DNA from: Candidatus Bathyarchaeia archaeon | GTDB lineage: Archaea > Thermoproteota > Bathyarchaeia > Bathyarchaeales > Bathycorpusculaceae | Length of the DNA stretch: 34,315 nt | Reading direction: 5' to 3' | Assembly (NCBI GenBank): GCA_038882655.1 | Contig: JAVZNT010000011.1 | Coordinates: 1-34,315, forward strand | In this document: piece after piece, positions 18,142 to 27,057 of the stretch | Layout: each line of letters begins with the position of its first letter | How positions within the stretch are numbered: position 1 is the stretch's first letter | Notes under the pieces: generated by a model | Seen by the model: only the letters and a program-made list of their open reading frames with translations | Told to the model about the DNA's origin: nothing | The model's database searches: none | Position numbers and translations under genes: made by a program

Positions 18142-19410
18142 TTACCTTAGATTTAAGGCTAAGATTAGGCCAAGGGCTGCCAAAGCCGCCACGTATGGGA
18201 AGATCTTTACATATGCTCCAAAGATATCTTTAGCTTGTCCGGCGATTAGGTTGCCGATGAGGGCTCCTGCGCCATATGCCGTGAATACGAGACCGTAGTT
18301 GCGTGCATAGTCTTTTGTTCCGAAGAACTGTGCTGTGGCTGCTGGAGCTATTGCAAGCCACCCGCCTAGGTTAAGCCATAAAACTGCGAAGGCGAAAACG
18401 TAGACTACTAGCAAGTTCGACAGTATAGACATCGCTAATGAAGCTATAATAATCATTGTGAAGGATATGGCTGCTGTCTTTCTGGGGCCAAGTCTGTCGG
18501 TTAACCAGCCGAATATAGGGCGTCCAACACCATTGCAGAGAGCGAATGGAGCGATTAAGACTGTAAGTAGGGCTGAAATTTCTTGCTCCCTTATCCCAAT
18601 ATTTGAGGCTACTTCTAAACCAACGGATTTTGAAACCCCTATGGCCATTAACCCAGCTAATGTTCCAACAGTGTAACATACCCATAATGCATAGAAAGCC
18701 TTGGTTCGTATCATCTCATCTCTTTTCAAGTTGCCTTGAGAGGCCTCCAGCTTCCCTGCGGGTTTCCAGCCCTGTGGCGACCAGTTTTCGGGAGGAAGTT
18801 TAAGGAATAAAGCGGAAGCAGCCGTTAAGGCAAAAAATGTGCCTCCCAATATTTGAAACATGGCTCGTACTCCAAACTTTGCTGCGAGAAAGTCTGCCAG
18901 AGGCGCTACTAAAGCTGCTGATAAGCCGAAGCCGAGGACTGTTAAGCCGACAGCTAAGCCTCTTCGATCCGGGAACCACTTTGTTGAAGTTACTATTGGA
19001 CAGTTGTAGGCTATGCCAACTCCGAGGCCGCCTACCACGCCGTAAAGGAAGGTGAGTGTTAACGGAGAATTGGCGAAGGAAGCCAAACACCATCCTAAAC
19101 CTACAAACAACGCACCCACAAGCGTGACTTTTCTAGGCCCATACCTTTCAATGAATCTTCCTATAAGTGGCATGGTAAGTGCGAAAAGAAGCAGGAAAAC
19201 AATAAATGGAAATTGCATTTCGGTGGATGAAACTTTTAGACCGTAACCTTGTGGGGGCGAAGCTTCAAAAATCTTCTTCGAATGTAGAGAGATCACACTG
19301 TAGGCGTAGATTGCACCGAGACAAAGCATTACAATAAGACCTGCTACAACAACGATCCATCTGCCAGTTTCCGCCCTTAAACCAAAAACTTTGAAGGTTT
19401 CATTTGACAA
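18142..19410 (-). CDS. MFS transporter, oxalate/formate antiporter (OFA) / monocarboxylate family
   Basis: About 12 TM segments; LGAIYAYS, GRFIERYGPR, KWFPDRRGLAVG, NGVGRPIFGWLTDRLG, FFGTKDYARNYG. Confidence 0.9.
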   Translation of the reverse strand: MSNETFKVFGLRAETGRWIVVVAGLIVMLCLGAIYAYSVISLHSKKIFEASPPQGYGLKVSSTEMQFPFIVFLLLFALTMPLIGRFIERYGPRKVTLVGALFVGLGWCLASFANSPLTLTFLYGVVGGLGVGIAYNCPIVTSTKWFPDRRGLAVGLTVLGFGLSAALVAPLADFLAAKFGVRAMFQILGGTFFALTAASALFLKLPPENWSPQGWKPAGKLEASQGNLKRDEMIRTKAFYALWVCYTVGTLAGLMAIGVSKSVGLEVASNIGIREQEISALLTVLIAPFALCNGVGRPIFGWLTDRLGPRKTAAISFTMIIIASLAMSILSNLLVVYVFAFAVLWLNLGGWLAIAPAATAQFFGTKDYARNYGLVFTAYGAGALIGNLIAGQAKDIFGAYVKIFPYVAALAALGLILALNLR

Positions 19411-19478
19411 GAGTTCTCACCATTTTAAGCTAGCTTTTGTCCATGTTTCGAGGATTAAATACTAAAAAGATTTGATGG

Positions 19479-21524
19479 TTATTTGGATTCAAGGGCTGAC
19501 TTTATGATTTCATAAGCCTTTTTTGCCTCTTCGACGGCAACGCCATCCTCCAAAGTTGTTACGTCGCCTAAAGTTGCGCTTTCAACAACAGATCTCAGCA
19601 ACCTTCTCATTATTTTTCCGCTTCTTGTTTTAGGTAGAACCTCAACGAAGGCTATAACGGTGTCTGATGCCACTATAGGCCCTATAGAAGTTCTAAGGTG
19701 ATTCTTTAATTCCTTTTCAAGCTCTGAACTTGGAGAGAAACCCTTCTTAAGCACCGTAAAGATCACCGGTACCTGTCCCTTTACCGGGTCGCTCTTGCCC
19801 ACACAAGCCGCCTCAGCCACTGCTGAGTGCCTCGCAAGGGTTGCTTCAACCTCAGCAGTGCCTATTCTGTGCCCTGCAACCTTGATGACGTCGTCAGCCC
19901 TTCCAAGTACCCATATGTATCCATCTTGATCTTTAACTGCGAAGTCTCCCGTGTAAAAGTATAATTTACCCTTAAACCTCAACCAGTATGCGTCAATGTA
20001 CCTCTGCGGGTTCTTGTACAAGGTTTCAAGCATTCCCGGCCAAGGAGAAGTTATCACGAAGTACCCTCTGACGCCAGGCGGGCATGGATTGCCATCATCA
20101 TCAACAACGTCGACGTCCACGCCGGGTATGGAGTATCCGTTGGTTCCAGGCTTCATCGGGAAGATTTTTCCAAGACCTGGGAAGTGTCCAGTTATAATGT
20201 GCCCAGTTTCAGTCATCCACCACGAGCTAGTGGCCACTACGTCGTTTCGACCTAGGTTTTTAAAGTACCATAAGAAGGCTTCGGGATTTATTGGCTCTCC
20301 TACTGTGTGGATAATTCTTAACGTTGAGAAGTCATGTTTCTTTACATAACCTTCAGGATACTTCATCAGCATTCTAATGGCGGTGGGCGCGGTATAGAAC
20401 AATGTTACTCCATGTCTTTCTATAATGCTCCACCATCTGTCAGGTTCAGGGTAGTCTGGGCTGCCCTCATAGATTACGGTTGTTAACCCTAAAATGAGCG
20501 GACCGTAAACCACGTATGAGTGCCCTGTAATCCATCCCACGTCAGCGGTGCACCAGTAGATGTCATCCTCCCTTACGTCAAAAAGCATTTTCATTGTAGC
20601 ATATAATCCAGTCGCATAACCGCCTATTGAATGTTGGACAGCCTTAGGGGTGCCCGTTGTCCCAGAAGTGTATAGGATGAAAGAGCTATCTGATTCATTT
20701 TGCCTCTCAACTGGCACATAAACTGTCTGCGGCACATCAGCTATCAACTCGTGGTGCCACAAATCCCTATCCCGGTTAAACTCTATCTCATTTCCGGCCC
20801 TCTTGACAACTATGACCTTTTCGATTTTGCGCCCTTCTTTTTCACATATCTTTACAGCCTCGTCGACTATTGATTTTAAGTTTATAGTTTTGCCTCTTCT
20901 GTAAAAGCCGTCGGCAGTTACTATTATTCTCGAGCCACTGTCCACAACACGGCTTGCCAGCGACTCTGCACTGAAACCGCTGAAGACAACACTATGTTCA
21001 GCGGCTAGGCGCTGAACAGCAAGCATATAAAATGGTAGCTCCGGAATCATGGGCAAGTAGAAAGTTATAATCTCCCCCTTCTTTACGCCTAACTTCTCTT
21101 TCAACGCATAGCTTATTACATTGGAGGCCTTAAATAAATCGTAAAAAGTGAACTTTTTAACCTCTCTTGGCTGTTGGAGCACGCTGTCCCAAGGCTCTCC
21201 TTCCCATATAATCGCCAACTTGTTCTTGCGTCCTTTTTGGACTTGCCAGTCGGTGGCTAAATAAGCTAGGTTGGTTTCTCCACCAATGAACCACTTGTAA
21301 AATGGCGGTTTACTGTCGTCTAAAACTTTACTCCACTTTTTAAACCAGAATAGTTCATTCGCCCATTTCTCCCACCATTTTTCAGCGGCTTCCTTACTCG
21401 CCACGGTACTCGCATGGAACTTTTTAAAATCCTCTTTGCTCCAAACTCTGTCTTTCCAGCTCGGCGGGATTACGTCTCCTTCAAAAAACTCTTTATATAC
21501 CTCCACACTTTGAGCCACAACCAT
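19479..21524 (-). CDS. acs: Acetate--CoA ligase (AMP-forming acetyl-CoA synthetase)
   Basis: YTSGTTGTPK, WCTADVGWITGHSY, VGEPINPEA, WWMTETG, GRADDVIKVAGHR, LPKTRSGKIMRR. Confidence 0.95.
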   Translation of the reverse strand: MVVAQSVEVYKEFFEGDVIPPSWKDRVWSKEDFKKFHASTVASKEAAEKWWEKWANELFWFKKWSKVLDDSKPPFYKWFIGGETNLAYLATDWQVQKGRKNKLAIIWEGEPWDSVLQQPREVKKFTFYDLFKASNVISYALKEKLGVKKGEIITFYLPMIPELPFYMLAVQRLAAEHSVVFSGFSAESLASRVVDSGSRIIVTADGFYRRGKTINLKSIVDEAVKICEKEGRKIEKVIVVKRAGNEIEFNRDRDLWHHELIADVPQTVYVPVERQNESDSSFILYTSGTTGTPKAVQHSIGGYATGLYATMKMLFDVREDDIYWCTADVGWITGHSYVVYGPLILGLTTVIYEGSPDYPEPDRWWSIIERHGVTLFYTAPTAIRMLMKYPEGYVKKHDFSTLRIIHTVGEPINPEAFLWYFKNLGRNDVVATSSWWMTETGHIITGHFPGLGKIFPMKPGTNGYSIPGVDVDVVDDDGNPCPPGVRGYFVITSPWPGMLETLYKNPQRYIDAYWLRFKGKLYFYTGDFAVKDQDGYIWVLGRADDVIKVAGHRIGTAEVEATLARHSAVAEAACVGKSDPVKGQVPVIFTVLKKGFSPSSELEKELKNHLRTSIGPIVASDTVIAFVEVLPKTRSGKIMRRLLRSVVESATLGDVTTLEDGVAVEEAKKAYEIIKSALESK

Positions 21525-21683
21525 CGACCTCGGGAATCGTTTTTGAAAAAAAGTTGCATAATAAATAGTTTACGTTAAAATTCAACAATATTTAAGGGAA
21601 AACATGGGTTTTAATTTAAACCATATTTAATTAGGTTTCCACGTCATGAATGCCTTTTTCAACGTGTAGTATGCCAAATGCAC

Positions 21684-21694
21684 AAAGTTTTAAT
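21684..21694 (+). promoter_or_regulatory. Putative BRE/TATA element of the ligase-GNAT gene
   Basis: AAAGTTTTAAT ends 36 nt before the CTG start; the pseudogene copy has AAACTTTTAAT (17833-17843) ending 37 nt before its TTG. Confidence 0.5.
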
Positions 21695-21729
21695 TTCAGC
21701 CCCACCTATTTCCAACACGGGGGTTCGTC

Positions 21730-24492
21730 CTGGTTACTATTTATCTTGAAAAAATCTTTAATCCTAACAGTGTTGCTCTCATAGGCGCCACGGACAGGGA
21801 GGGGTCCGTGGGACGTGTTTTAATGGCAAATTTCATCGAATCAGGTTTTGAAGGGACCCTCTACCCAGTTAACATAAAGAAGAAAGAAATCTTGGGTTTT
21901 AGGGCCTATCAAAGTGTGGAGGAAATTCCTGAAACGGTAGATCTCGCCGTCATTGCAACTCCAGCAACGTCAATCCCGGAAATTGTGGAACAATGTGGCA
22001 GGGTGGGGATTAAGGGCATAGTGATAATCTCCGCTGGATTTAGGGAAGTTGGACCGGAAGGCAAGGAGCTTGAGAATAAAATATTGGAAGCTAAGCAAAA
22101 GTATGGCTTGCGGATAATTGGGCCAAATTCGCTGGGTGTAATGCGACCGAAAATCAAGCTTAACGTCACCCTCTTAAATAGGATGCCAAAGCCAGGCAAC
22201 ATAGCTTTCATTACTCAAAGCGCAGCGTTAGGGGCTGCAACGCTTGACTGGGCAATCCACGAAAATATAGGGTTTAGCTACTTCGTCTCCGTTGGTTCAA
22301 TGATTGACGTTGACTTTGGCGACTTAATAGATTATTTCGGAACAGACCCCGAAACTAGGAGCATATTAATGTACATTGAAGGAATAACAGATGCCCGCAA
22401 ATTCATGAGCGCAGCGAGACACTTCGCAAGAACAAAACCCATAATTGTTGTTAAGGCTGGAAAATTCAGCGAAAGCGCAAAGGCTGCAGCTTCTCACACA
22501 GGCTCCTTAACTGGGGAAGATCAAATTTACGATGCAGCCTTTAAACGTGCAAGCATAGTTCGGGTTGATGAAATATCAGACCTATTTAATTGCGCAGAGG
22601 CACTTGGGCTTCAGCCTTTGCCTAAAGGTCCAAACCTTGCCATAATAACAAACGCCGGCGGCCCTGCCGTTATCGCAACAGACGTCCTCATAACTCGGGG
22701 AGGCAAACTTGCCACTTTAAGCCCAAAAACGCTTGACATGCTAGGAAAAATGCTTCCAAAGTACTGTAGCATCACGAACCCCATCGACCTCCTAGAAGAG
22801 GCCAACGCTGATCGTTATAAGGCTGCGTTGGAGGCGTGTCTCAAAGACGAAAATGTAGACGGCATCCTTATAATTTGCACTTCACAAGCCATGTCAAATC
22901 CTGTTGAATTAGCAAAGGCTATTGTTGATATATGTAAGAGTTGCAAATACCATGACAAAACAATCTTGACGTCTTTCATGGGTTACGGCGCTATTGAAGA
23001 GGCAAACCACATATTAAACGAGAACGACATTCCAACCCATCCCACTCCGGAACAGGCAATAAAAACATACCTGTACATGTACCAGTACAAGAGGAACTTA
23101 GAACTTCTCTACGAAACTCCAGAGGAACTGTCGGTGGATTTCTCACCGCCTAAACGTCCAATCGTTGCAGCCATGGGAAGCGTAGTGATGGAAGGCCGTG
23201 AAGTTTTGACCGAAGCTGAGGCGAAAAAGATCCTTGAATTCTATGGTATACCGGTGGTGAAAACATATGTCGCTAGAACAGCCGATGAGGCCGCACGTTT
23301 AGCGTCACAGATCGGCTACCCCGTGGTCGTCAAGGTTCTCTCACAACACATAACACATAAAACCGAGGCTGGAGGCGTCGCCCTTAACTTGAATAGCGAG
23401 GCTGAGGTCAGAAGCGCGTTTGAATGTGTGGTTAAGGCCACCAAGGAACATAACCCAACAGCAGAAATTCAAGGCGTAACCGTTCAGAAAATGATAAAAG
23501 GTAACGGCTACGAAGTAATGGTCGGTGCCAAAAAGGACGAAATCTTCGGTCCTATTGTCCTCTTCGGAATTGGTGGCACAGCTGCCGAGCTATATAAGGA
23601 CTACGCAATTGGCTTGCCTCCGCTGAACCAGACCTTAATTAAAAGGTTAATTGAAGAGACGAAGGTTTACCATCTGCTTAAAGGATACAGGGGGTCGCCG
23701 CCAGCAAACATGAAATTTCTTGAGGAAATACTAATGCGATTCTCCCAGTTACTGGTGGATTTTCCACAGATAAAAGAAGTAGACTTAAATCCGCTGTGGA
23801 TAAGTGATAAAGAGGCCTATGTCTTGGATGCGCGCATGGTCATCGATAAGGATCTAATTTTTAAAAATGTTGAGCCGCATTCACATTTGATAATAAGTCC
23901 TTACCCTAAAAAGTATGAAACTCTCTGGAGGATGCGAGACGGGAGAATAGTGTTACTTAGGCCAATAAAGCCTGAAGATGAACTGTTATGGCTTGAAATG
24001 TTCAAGAACTTTTCCGAGGAATCAATCCGTTATAGGTTCTTCCAAATAATAAAGGACACACCCCACGAGGTGAGGGTGCGATACTGTAATATAGACTATG
24101 AAAGGGAAATCGCGATAGTCGCTGAATTAAATGAGGGAGACCGCAAGAAGATTCTCGGAGTAGCAAGAATAAGCCTTGAGCCTGACCGTAGGAAGGGCGA
24201 AATAGCGTTCATAGTTGCAGACCCATGGCAGGGGCTAGGCTTAGGCACAAAAATGGTGGACTACGCCATAGAAATCGCTAAGGAAATGGGTGTAGAGACG
24301 ATATATGCTATAATGCTCCCAGACAATGTTAAAGCCATAAATCTTCTCAGAAACATGGGATTCACCATTAAAGCCCAGGAGGACGGCAACCTAAAGGCGA
24401 TTCTTAACCTTAAGGAAGAGAAGCCGCAAGAAATCTCTATCGAATCTCAGAAGATTACGAACAGGGAAGCTGAACCATCTTCGTTAGACTAG
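21730..24492 (+). CDS. ADP-forming acyl-CoA ligase (alpha+beta) fused to a C-terminal GNAT acetyltransferase (Pat/YfiQ-like architecture); probable CTG start
   Basis: IFNPNSVALIGA, YPVN, IISAGFRE, IGPNSLG, ASHTGSL, TNAGG, NPIDL, THKTEAGGV, FGPIVLFG, DLNPL, then GNAT (LRPIKPED, RYRFF, WQGLGLGT). The conserved N-terminus lies upstream of the track's GTG 21808. Confidence 0.92.
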   Translation: MVTIYLEKIFNPNSVALIGATDREGSVGRVLMANFIESGFEGTLYPVNIKKKEILGFRAYQSVEEIPETVDLAVIATPATSIPEIVEQCGRVGIKGIVIISAGFREVGPEGKELENKILEAKQKYGLRIIGPNSLGVMRPKIKLNVTLLNRMPKPGNIAFITQSAALGAATLDWAIHENIGFSYFVSVGSMIDVDFGDLIDYFGTDPETRSILMYIEGITDARKFMSAARHFARTKPIIVVKAGKFSESAKAAASHTGSLTGEDQIYDAAFKRASIVRVDEISDLFNCAEALGLQPLPKGPNLAIITNAGGPAVIATDVLITRGGKLATLSPKTLDMLGKMLPKYCSITNPIDLLEEANADRYKAALEACLKDENVDGILIICTSQAMSNPVELAKAIVDICKSCKYHDKTILTSFMGYGAIEEANHILNENDIPTHPTPEQAIKTYLYMYQYKRNLELLYETPEELSVDFSPPKRPIVAAMGSVVMEGREVLTEAEAKKILEFYGIPVVKTYVARTADEAARLASQIGYPVVVKVLSQHITHKTEAGGVALNLNSEAEVRSAFECVVKATKEHNPTAEIQGVTVQKMIKGNGYEVMVGAKKDEIFGPIVLFGIGGTAAELYKDYAIGLPPLNQTLIKRLIEETKVYHLLKGYRGSPPANMKFLEEILMRFSQLLVDFPQIKEVDLNPLWISDKEAYVLDARMVIDKDLIFKNVEPHSHLIISPYPKKYETLWRMRDGRIVLLRPIKPEDELLWLEMFKNFSEESIRYRFFQIIKDTPHEVRVRYCNIDYEREIAIVAELNEGDRKKILGVARISLEPDRRKGEIAFIVADPWQGLGLGTKMVDYAIEIAKEMGVETIYAIMLPDNVKAINLLRNMGFTIKAQEDGNLKAILNLKEEKPQEISIESQKITNREAEPSSLD

Positions 24493-24583
24493 TTGCAAAC
24501 TTTCATTGTCTTCGCATCTTTTTGAATCGTGTTAAAACAATATTTTTCTATTTACTTATGAGCTAAATTTAAATTATAGATGC

Positions 24584-24592
24584 TATATATAA
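24584..24592 (+). promoter_or_regulatory. Putative TATA box of the mvh-hdr operon
   Basis: TATATATAA about 33 nt upstream of the mvhG ATG in an AT-rich intergenic region. Confidence 0.45.
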
Positions 24593-24624
24593 CCTAACTT
24601 CAATTCCGGTAACTGGTGAGGAGA

Positions 24625-25572
24625 ATGGAAAAATCTCAAAAATTGAAGTTTGCGTTTTACTGGGCAGCAAGCTGTGGCGGATGCGAAATCGCTGTTCTAG
24701 ACATTAACGAAAAAATCTTAGACGTCATAGCTAAAGCAGACATCGTGTTTTGGCCTGTAGCCATGGACATTAAATATAAGGATGTGAAAGCCATGCCAGA
24801 CAAAAGCATAGACGTCTGCTTCTTTAACGGTGCAATAAGAACGGAGGAAAACGAGTACATGGCGAAACTGCTAAGGCAGAAATCAAAAGTGCTGGTGGCT
24901 TTTGGCTCATGTGCATGCGATGGCGACGTAATAGGCTTGGCGAACTTGTGGAATAAGGAGAAAATTTTCGAAAGGGTGTACTTTGAAACTCCATCAACAA
25001 AGAATCCGGGAAAAGTAACCCCTCAAACTCGGTTGAAGGTTGCACAAGGAGAGCTGGAACTTCCAGAGTTTTATGATACGGTTAAGACTTTGGCGCAAAC
25101 CGTCGACGTAGACTACTTTATTTCTGGCTGTCCTCCTCCAGTTCCAAGGATAATTGAAGCTTTAGACACCATTTTAAGTGGGGGACTTCCACCTAAAGGC
25201 TCCAGCTTTCTACTAAACAAGTCTATCTGTGATGAATGCCCAAGGGAAAAGAAAGACCGAAAAATAACACAGGTCAAAAGAATCTATGAGATAGAAGACG
25301 ACTACAAAACATGTTTCTTAGACCAAAGCGTCATATGCATGGGACCCGCCACAAGAGGCGGATGCGGTGCCCAATGCTTAAAGGCGAATATACCTTGCAC
25401 TGGATGCGGTGGACCGGCGCCCCGCGTGGCAGACCAAGGCGCAGCCATGATAAGCGCCTTCGCCTCCATAGTCACGGACCCAAAAGTCATAGAACAAGTC
25501 GTCGACCCTGTTGGAACCTTTTACAAGTATTCTTTGGCTAACTCGATTTTGCGGAGGAGGGTGATGCGATGA
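24625..25572 (+). CDS. mvhG: F420-non-reducing [NiFe] hydrogenase small subunit
   Basis: ASCGGC, FGSCACDG, GCPP, ICDECP, CFL..CMGPATRGGC..C...PCTGC. ATG 24625 follows GGTGAGGAGA; GTG 24616 is an alternative. Confidence 0.9.
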   Translation: MEKSQKLKFAFYWAASCGGCEIAVLDINEKILDVIAKADIVFWPVAMDIKYKDVKAMPDKSIDVCFFNGAIRTEENEYMAKLLRQKSKVLVAFGSCACDGDVIGLANLWNKEKIFERVYFETPSTKNPGKVTPQTRLKVAQGELELPEFYDTVKTLAQTVDVDYFISGCPPPVPRIIEALDTILSGGLPPKGSSFLLNKSICDECPREKKDRKITQVKRIYEIEDDYKTCFLDQSVICMGPATRGGCGAQCLKANIPCTGCGGPAPRVADQGAAMISAFASIVTDPKVIEQVVDPVGTFYKYSLANSILRRRVMR

Positions 25573-27026
25573 AAGAGATAGTTATAAACCCCATCACAAG
25601 GCTGGAGGGCCACGGAAAGATAACCATATTCCTAAATGAAGAAGGCGACGTTGACGAAGCCTACTTCCAAGTTCCAGAACTCCGCGGCTTTGAAAAGTTC
25701 TGTGAAGGTCGAAGGGCTGAAGATTTGCCAATAATAACAACGCGCATTTGCGGCGTCTGTCCCGTAGCCCACCACATGGCGAGCGCCAAAGCCCTAGACG
25801 CGGCTTTCAATGTTGAACCGCCGGAGCCCGCCAAAAAATTGCGGGAACTCATGTACTGCGGTTACTACTTATACGACCACACATTGCACTTCTACTATCT
25901 TGGCGGTCCAGATTTTGTGGTCGGGCCAGATGCGCCACCGGAAAAACGCAACGTTTTAGGCGTTATTGAAAAAGCCGGCTTAGAAATTGGCAAAGAAGTC
26001 ATAAAGCATAGGGCTTATGGCCAAAAGATAACCGAAATCTTAGGCGGAAAGGCAACCCACCCAGTAAGCGCATGCATTCCCGGCGGATTTGCAAGGCCAA
26101 TTTCAGAGGACGAGCGGCGAGAAATTGAGCGTATGGTGAGAAGCTGTCTAGAATTCGCCAAGTTCTCGCTGAAACTCTTCGACGACATAGTACTGAAAAA
26201 CACCGCTTACATAGACTTGATTAAAAGTGAGGCTTACACGCTCAAAACCTACTATATGGGGTTAGCGGATAAAAACAACAAGGTGAACTTCTACGATGGA
26301 AACGTCCGCGTAGTAGACCCAAATGGGCGTGAGTTCGTCAAATTCTCTCCCAAAGAGTATTTAGACGTCATAGAAGAACATGTGGAGCCATGGACCTACG
26401 TGAAGCTTCCGTACTTGAAGAAGGTTGGTTGGAAAGGTCTTGTTGACGGTCCTGAAAGTGGTGCCTACCGTGTTGGTCCCCTTGGAAGGCTTAATGCTGC
26501 TGATGGCATGGCAACACCCCTGGCCCAAGCCGAATACGAGCGCATGTACGCAACCCTAGGCGGGAAACCTGTTCACAACACTTTGGCTTACCACTGGGCT
26601 AGGCTCATAGAGCTTTTATACGCTGCTGAACGTGCCCTAGAACTTATAACAGACCCGGAAATAACCAGCAAAAATGTTCGCAACAAGCCCGGCAAACCAG
26701 GCGAAGGCGTCGGAATCGTGGAAGCAGCAAGGGGCACGCTTATACATCATTATCAGTTTGACGAGAATGCTTTGGCTAAGAAGGTCAATTTGATAGTGGC
26801 TACCGTTAATAATGCGCCGAGCATTTGCATGTCCATTAGAAACGCTGCCAAAGGCTTAATCAAGAAGGGTAAGGTGACCGACGGCATATTGAACATGATT
26901 GAGATGGCTTTTAGGGCTTACGACCCATGTTTCGCATGCGCCACCCATTTTGCGGTTGGTCAAATGCCTTTGGAGGTGGAGATTTATGATAGCGAGAAAA
27001 GGCTCATCCAAAAAATCAAAAGGTAA
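25569..27026 (+). CDS. mvhA: F420-non-reducing [NiFe] hydrogenase large subunit (group 3c by context)
   Basis: TRLEGHG, RGFE, L1 RICGVC, EAARGTLIHHY, L2 RAYDPCFACATH followed by a cleavable C-terminal extension; ATGA overlap with mvhG. Confidence 0.94.
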   Translation: MKEIVINPITRLEGHGKITIFLNEEGDVDEAYFQVPELRGFEKFCEGRRAEDLPIITTRICGVCPVAHHMASAKALDAAFNVEPPEPAKKLRELMYCGYYLYDHTLHFYYLGGPDFVVGPDAPPEKRNVLGVIEKAGLEIGKEVIKHRAYGQKITEILGGKATHPVSACIPGGFARPISEDERREIERMVRSCLEFAKFSLKLFDDIVLKNTAYIDLIKSEAYTLKTYYMGLADKNNKVNFYDGNVRVVDPNGREFVKFSPKEYLDVIEEHVEPWTYVKLPYLKKVGWKGLVDGPESGAYRVGPLGRLNAADGMATPLAQAEYERMYATLGGKPVHNTLAYHWARLIELLYAAERALELITDPEITSKNVRNKPGKPGEGVGIVEAARGTLIHHYQFDENALAKKVNLIVATVNNAPSICMSIRNAAKGLIKKGKVTDGILNMIEMAFRAYDPCFACATHFAVGQMPLEVEIYDSEKRLIQKIKR

Positions 27027-27057
27027 AGTTGGAAGGAGGAAAAGGAGGGAAACAAAA

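Noticed and set aside
26899-27057. N-terminal extension of HdrA-2 in the ORF track
   Set aside because: Overlaps the mvhA L2 motif region in another frame. HdrA homology and a GGAGG RBS point to GTG 27058.
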